Shown piece by piece: positions 63,603 to 64,000 of a DNA stretch of 64,000 nt. The DNA comes from Bacteroidales bacterium (GTDB lineage: Bacteria > Bacteroidota > Bacteroidia > Bacteroidales > VadinHA17), in the NCBI GenBank assembly GCA_024762655.1, contig JANTHB010000003.1, forward strand, positions 3,353-67,352. Reading direction: 5' to 3'. A program made the position numbers and the translations under genes. How positions within the stretch are numbered: position 1 is the first letter of the stretch; every line of letters begins with the position of its first letter. The notes under the pieces are model-generated. The model made no database searches. It saw only the letters and a program-made list of their open reading frames with translations, and was not told the DNA's origin.

Positions 63603-64000
63603 ATGATGAGAGCCAACCTGTTTGTTTTCTTTAGTTTTTTTCTCTTGTTGCCCCGGCCGCTGGTATCACAAACCGTTTCTTCCAAAGAGATCCGATCCGT
63701 TTTCAATGAGGCAGAATCCATTCTGCTCTATAATGAAGATTATGAAAAAGCCCTTCCTTTATACAAGCTATTGGTGGATTTTGCCCCTGACAACTACAAC
63801 TACCAATATAAAGTAGGTATCTGTTATCTGAACATGGACGGGTATGTCAAAGAGGCCATACCCTGGCTTATCAAAGCCAGTAAAAAGACCACCTTTGATT
63901 ATTCATACAGTTACAAGGAAACCCATGCCCCTGTAGATGTACTCTTCTACATAGGTTCAGCTTACCACTTGCTCAACCGCACCGATTCGGCGGTGTATTA
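63603..64000 (+). CDS. Secreted TPR-like protein, N-terminal fragment (runs off the window)
   Basis: Manual translation from ATG 63603 gives MMRANLFVFFSFFLLLPRPLVSQ (signal) ... AESILLYNEDYEKALPLYKLLVDFAPDNYNYQYKVGICYLNM... The frame is open to the window end. The helical-repeat (TPR-like) character is a tentative call. Confidence 0.5.
   Translation, partial: MMRANLFVFFSFFLLLPRPLVSQTVSSKEIRSVFNEAESILLYNEDYEKALPLYKLLVDFAPDNYNYQYKVGICYLNMDGYVKEAIPWLIKASKKTTFDYSYSYKETHAPVDVLFYIGSAYHLLNRTDSAVY

Overview
The window looks like a chromosomal segment from a Bacteroidota (Bacteroidia-like) genome. The supporting signs are a SusC-type CarboxypepD_reg+Plug module, several exact TAnnTTTG -7 boxes, many signal-peptide or lipoprotein glycoside hydrolases, folP-cdaA adjacency, and a BT_3928-like DoxX gene next to tpiA. 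All calls come from reading the ORF translations and the DNA by eye, with no database search, so family names are motif-based.

I call 35 CDS, two of them truncated by the window edges.

(i) 1-15.4 kb is a glycan and amino-sugar catabolic cluster with no SusC/SusD pair. It holds a GH-D alpha-galactosidase-like gene, a beta-propeller GH, an HGSNAT/DUF5009-like membrane acetyltransferase, nagA, an SSS transporter, nagB, a propeller+GH29+discoidin fusion, a GH127/146-like gene, and a GH2 with an odd C-terminal membrane tail.

(ii) 15.7-28.4 kb looks accessory. It holds a WG-repeat lipoprotein, an 1118-aa M1+M28+PDZ peptidase, and a 2001-aa thioester (CNEQ) alpha-2-macroglobulin-like protein. The A2M-like protein carries a SusC-type CarboxypepD_reg+Plug module where the bait region should be. 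There are two unusually long ORF-free gaps (about 0.94 and 0.62 kb). They share a ~100-nt repeat with 11-bp phased sub-repeats, placed about 240 nt upstream of both giant genes. An AT-rich islet here encodes an orphan membrane protein.

(iii) 28.4-39.3 kb holds a GH2 exo-glucosaminidase/mannosidase-like gene, a TAT-signal Gfo/Idh/MocA oxidoreductase plus DUF1080 (3-keto-disaccharide hydrolase family), an MFS sugar porter, and a beta-propeller sensor kinase with a NarL-type regulator.

(iv) 39.5-64 kb is housekeeping: ppdK, gltA, maeB, mdh, plsY, MscS, cdaA, folP, tmk, a BNR/sortilin-like protein, DoxX/MauE-like, tpiA, a 1514-aa unrecognisable giant protein, and a YfcE-like phosphoesterase.

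I recognised no tRNA, rRNA, CRISPR array, transposase or integrase. The most interesting candidate is the peptidase / A2M-like pair with its shared upstream repeat. A REP-like palindrome family and a recurrent CCTACGTAG motif are also unexplained by the genes.
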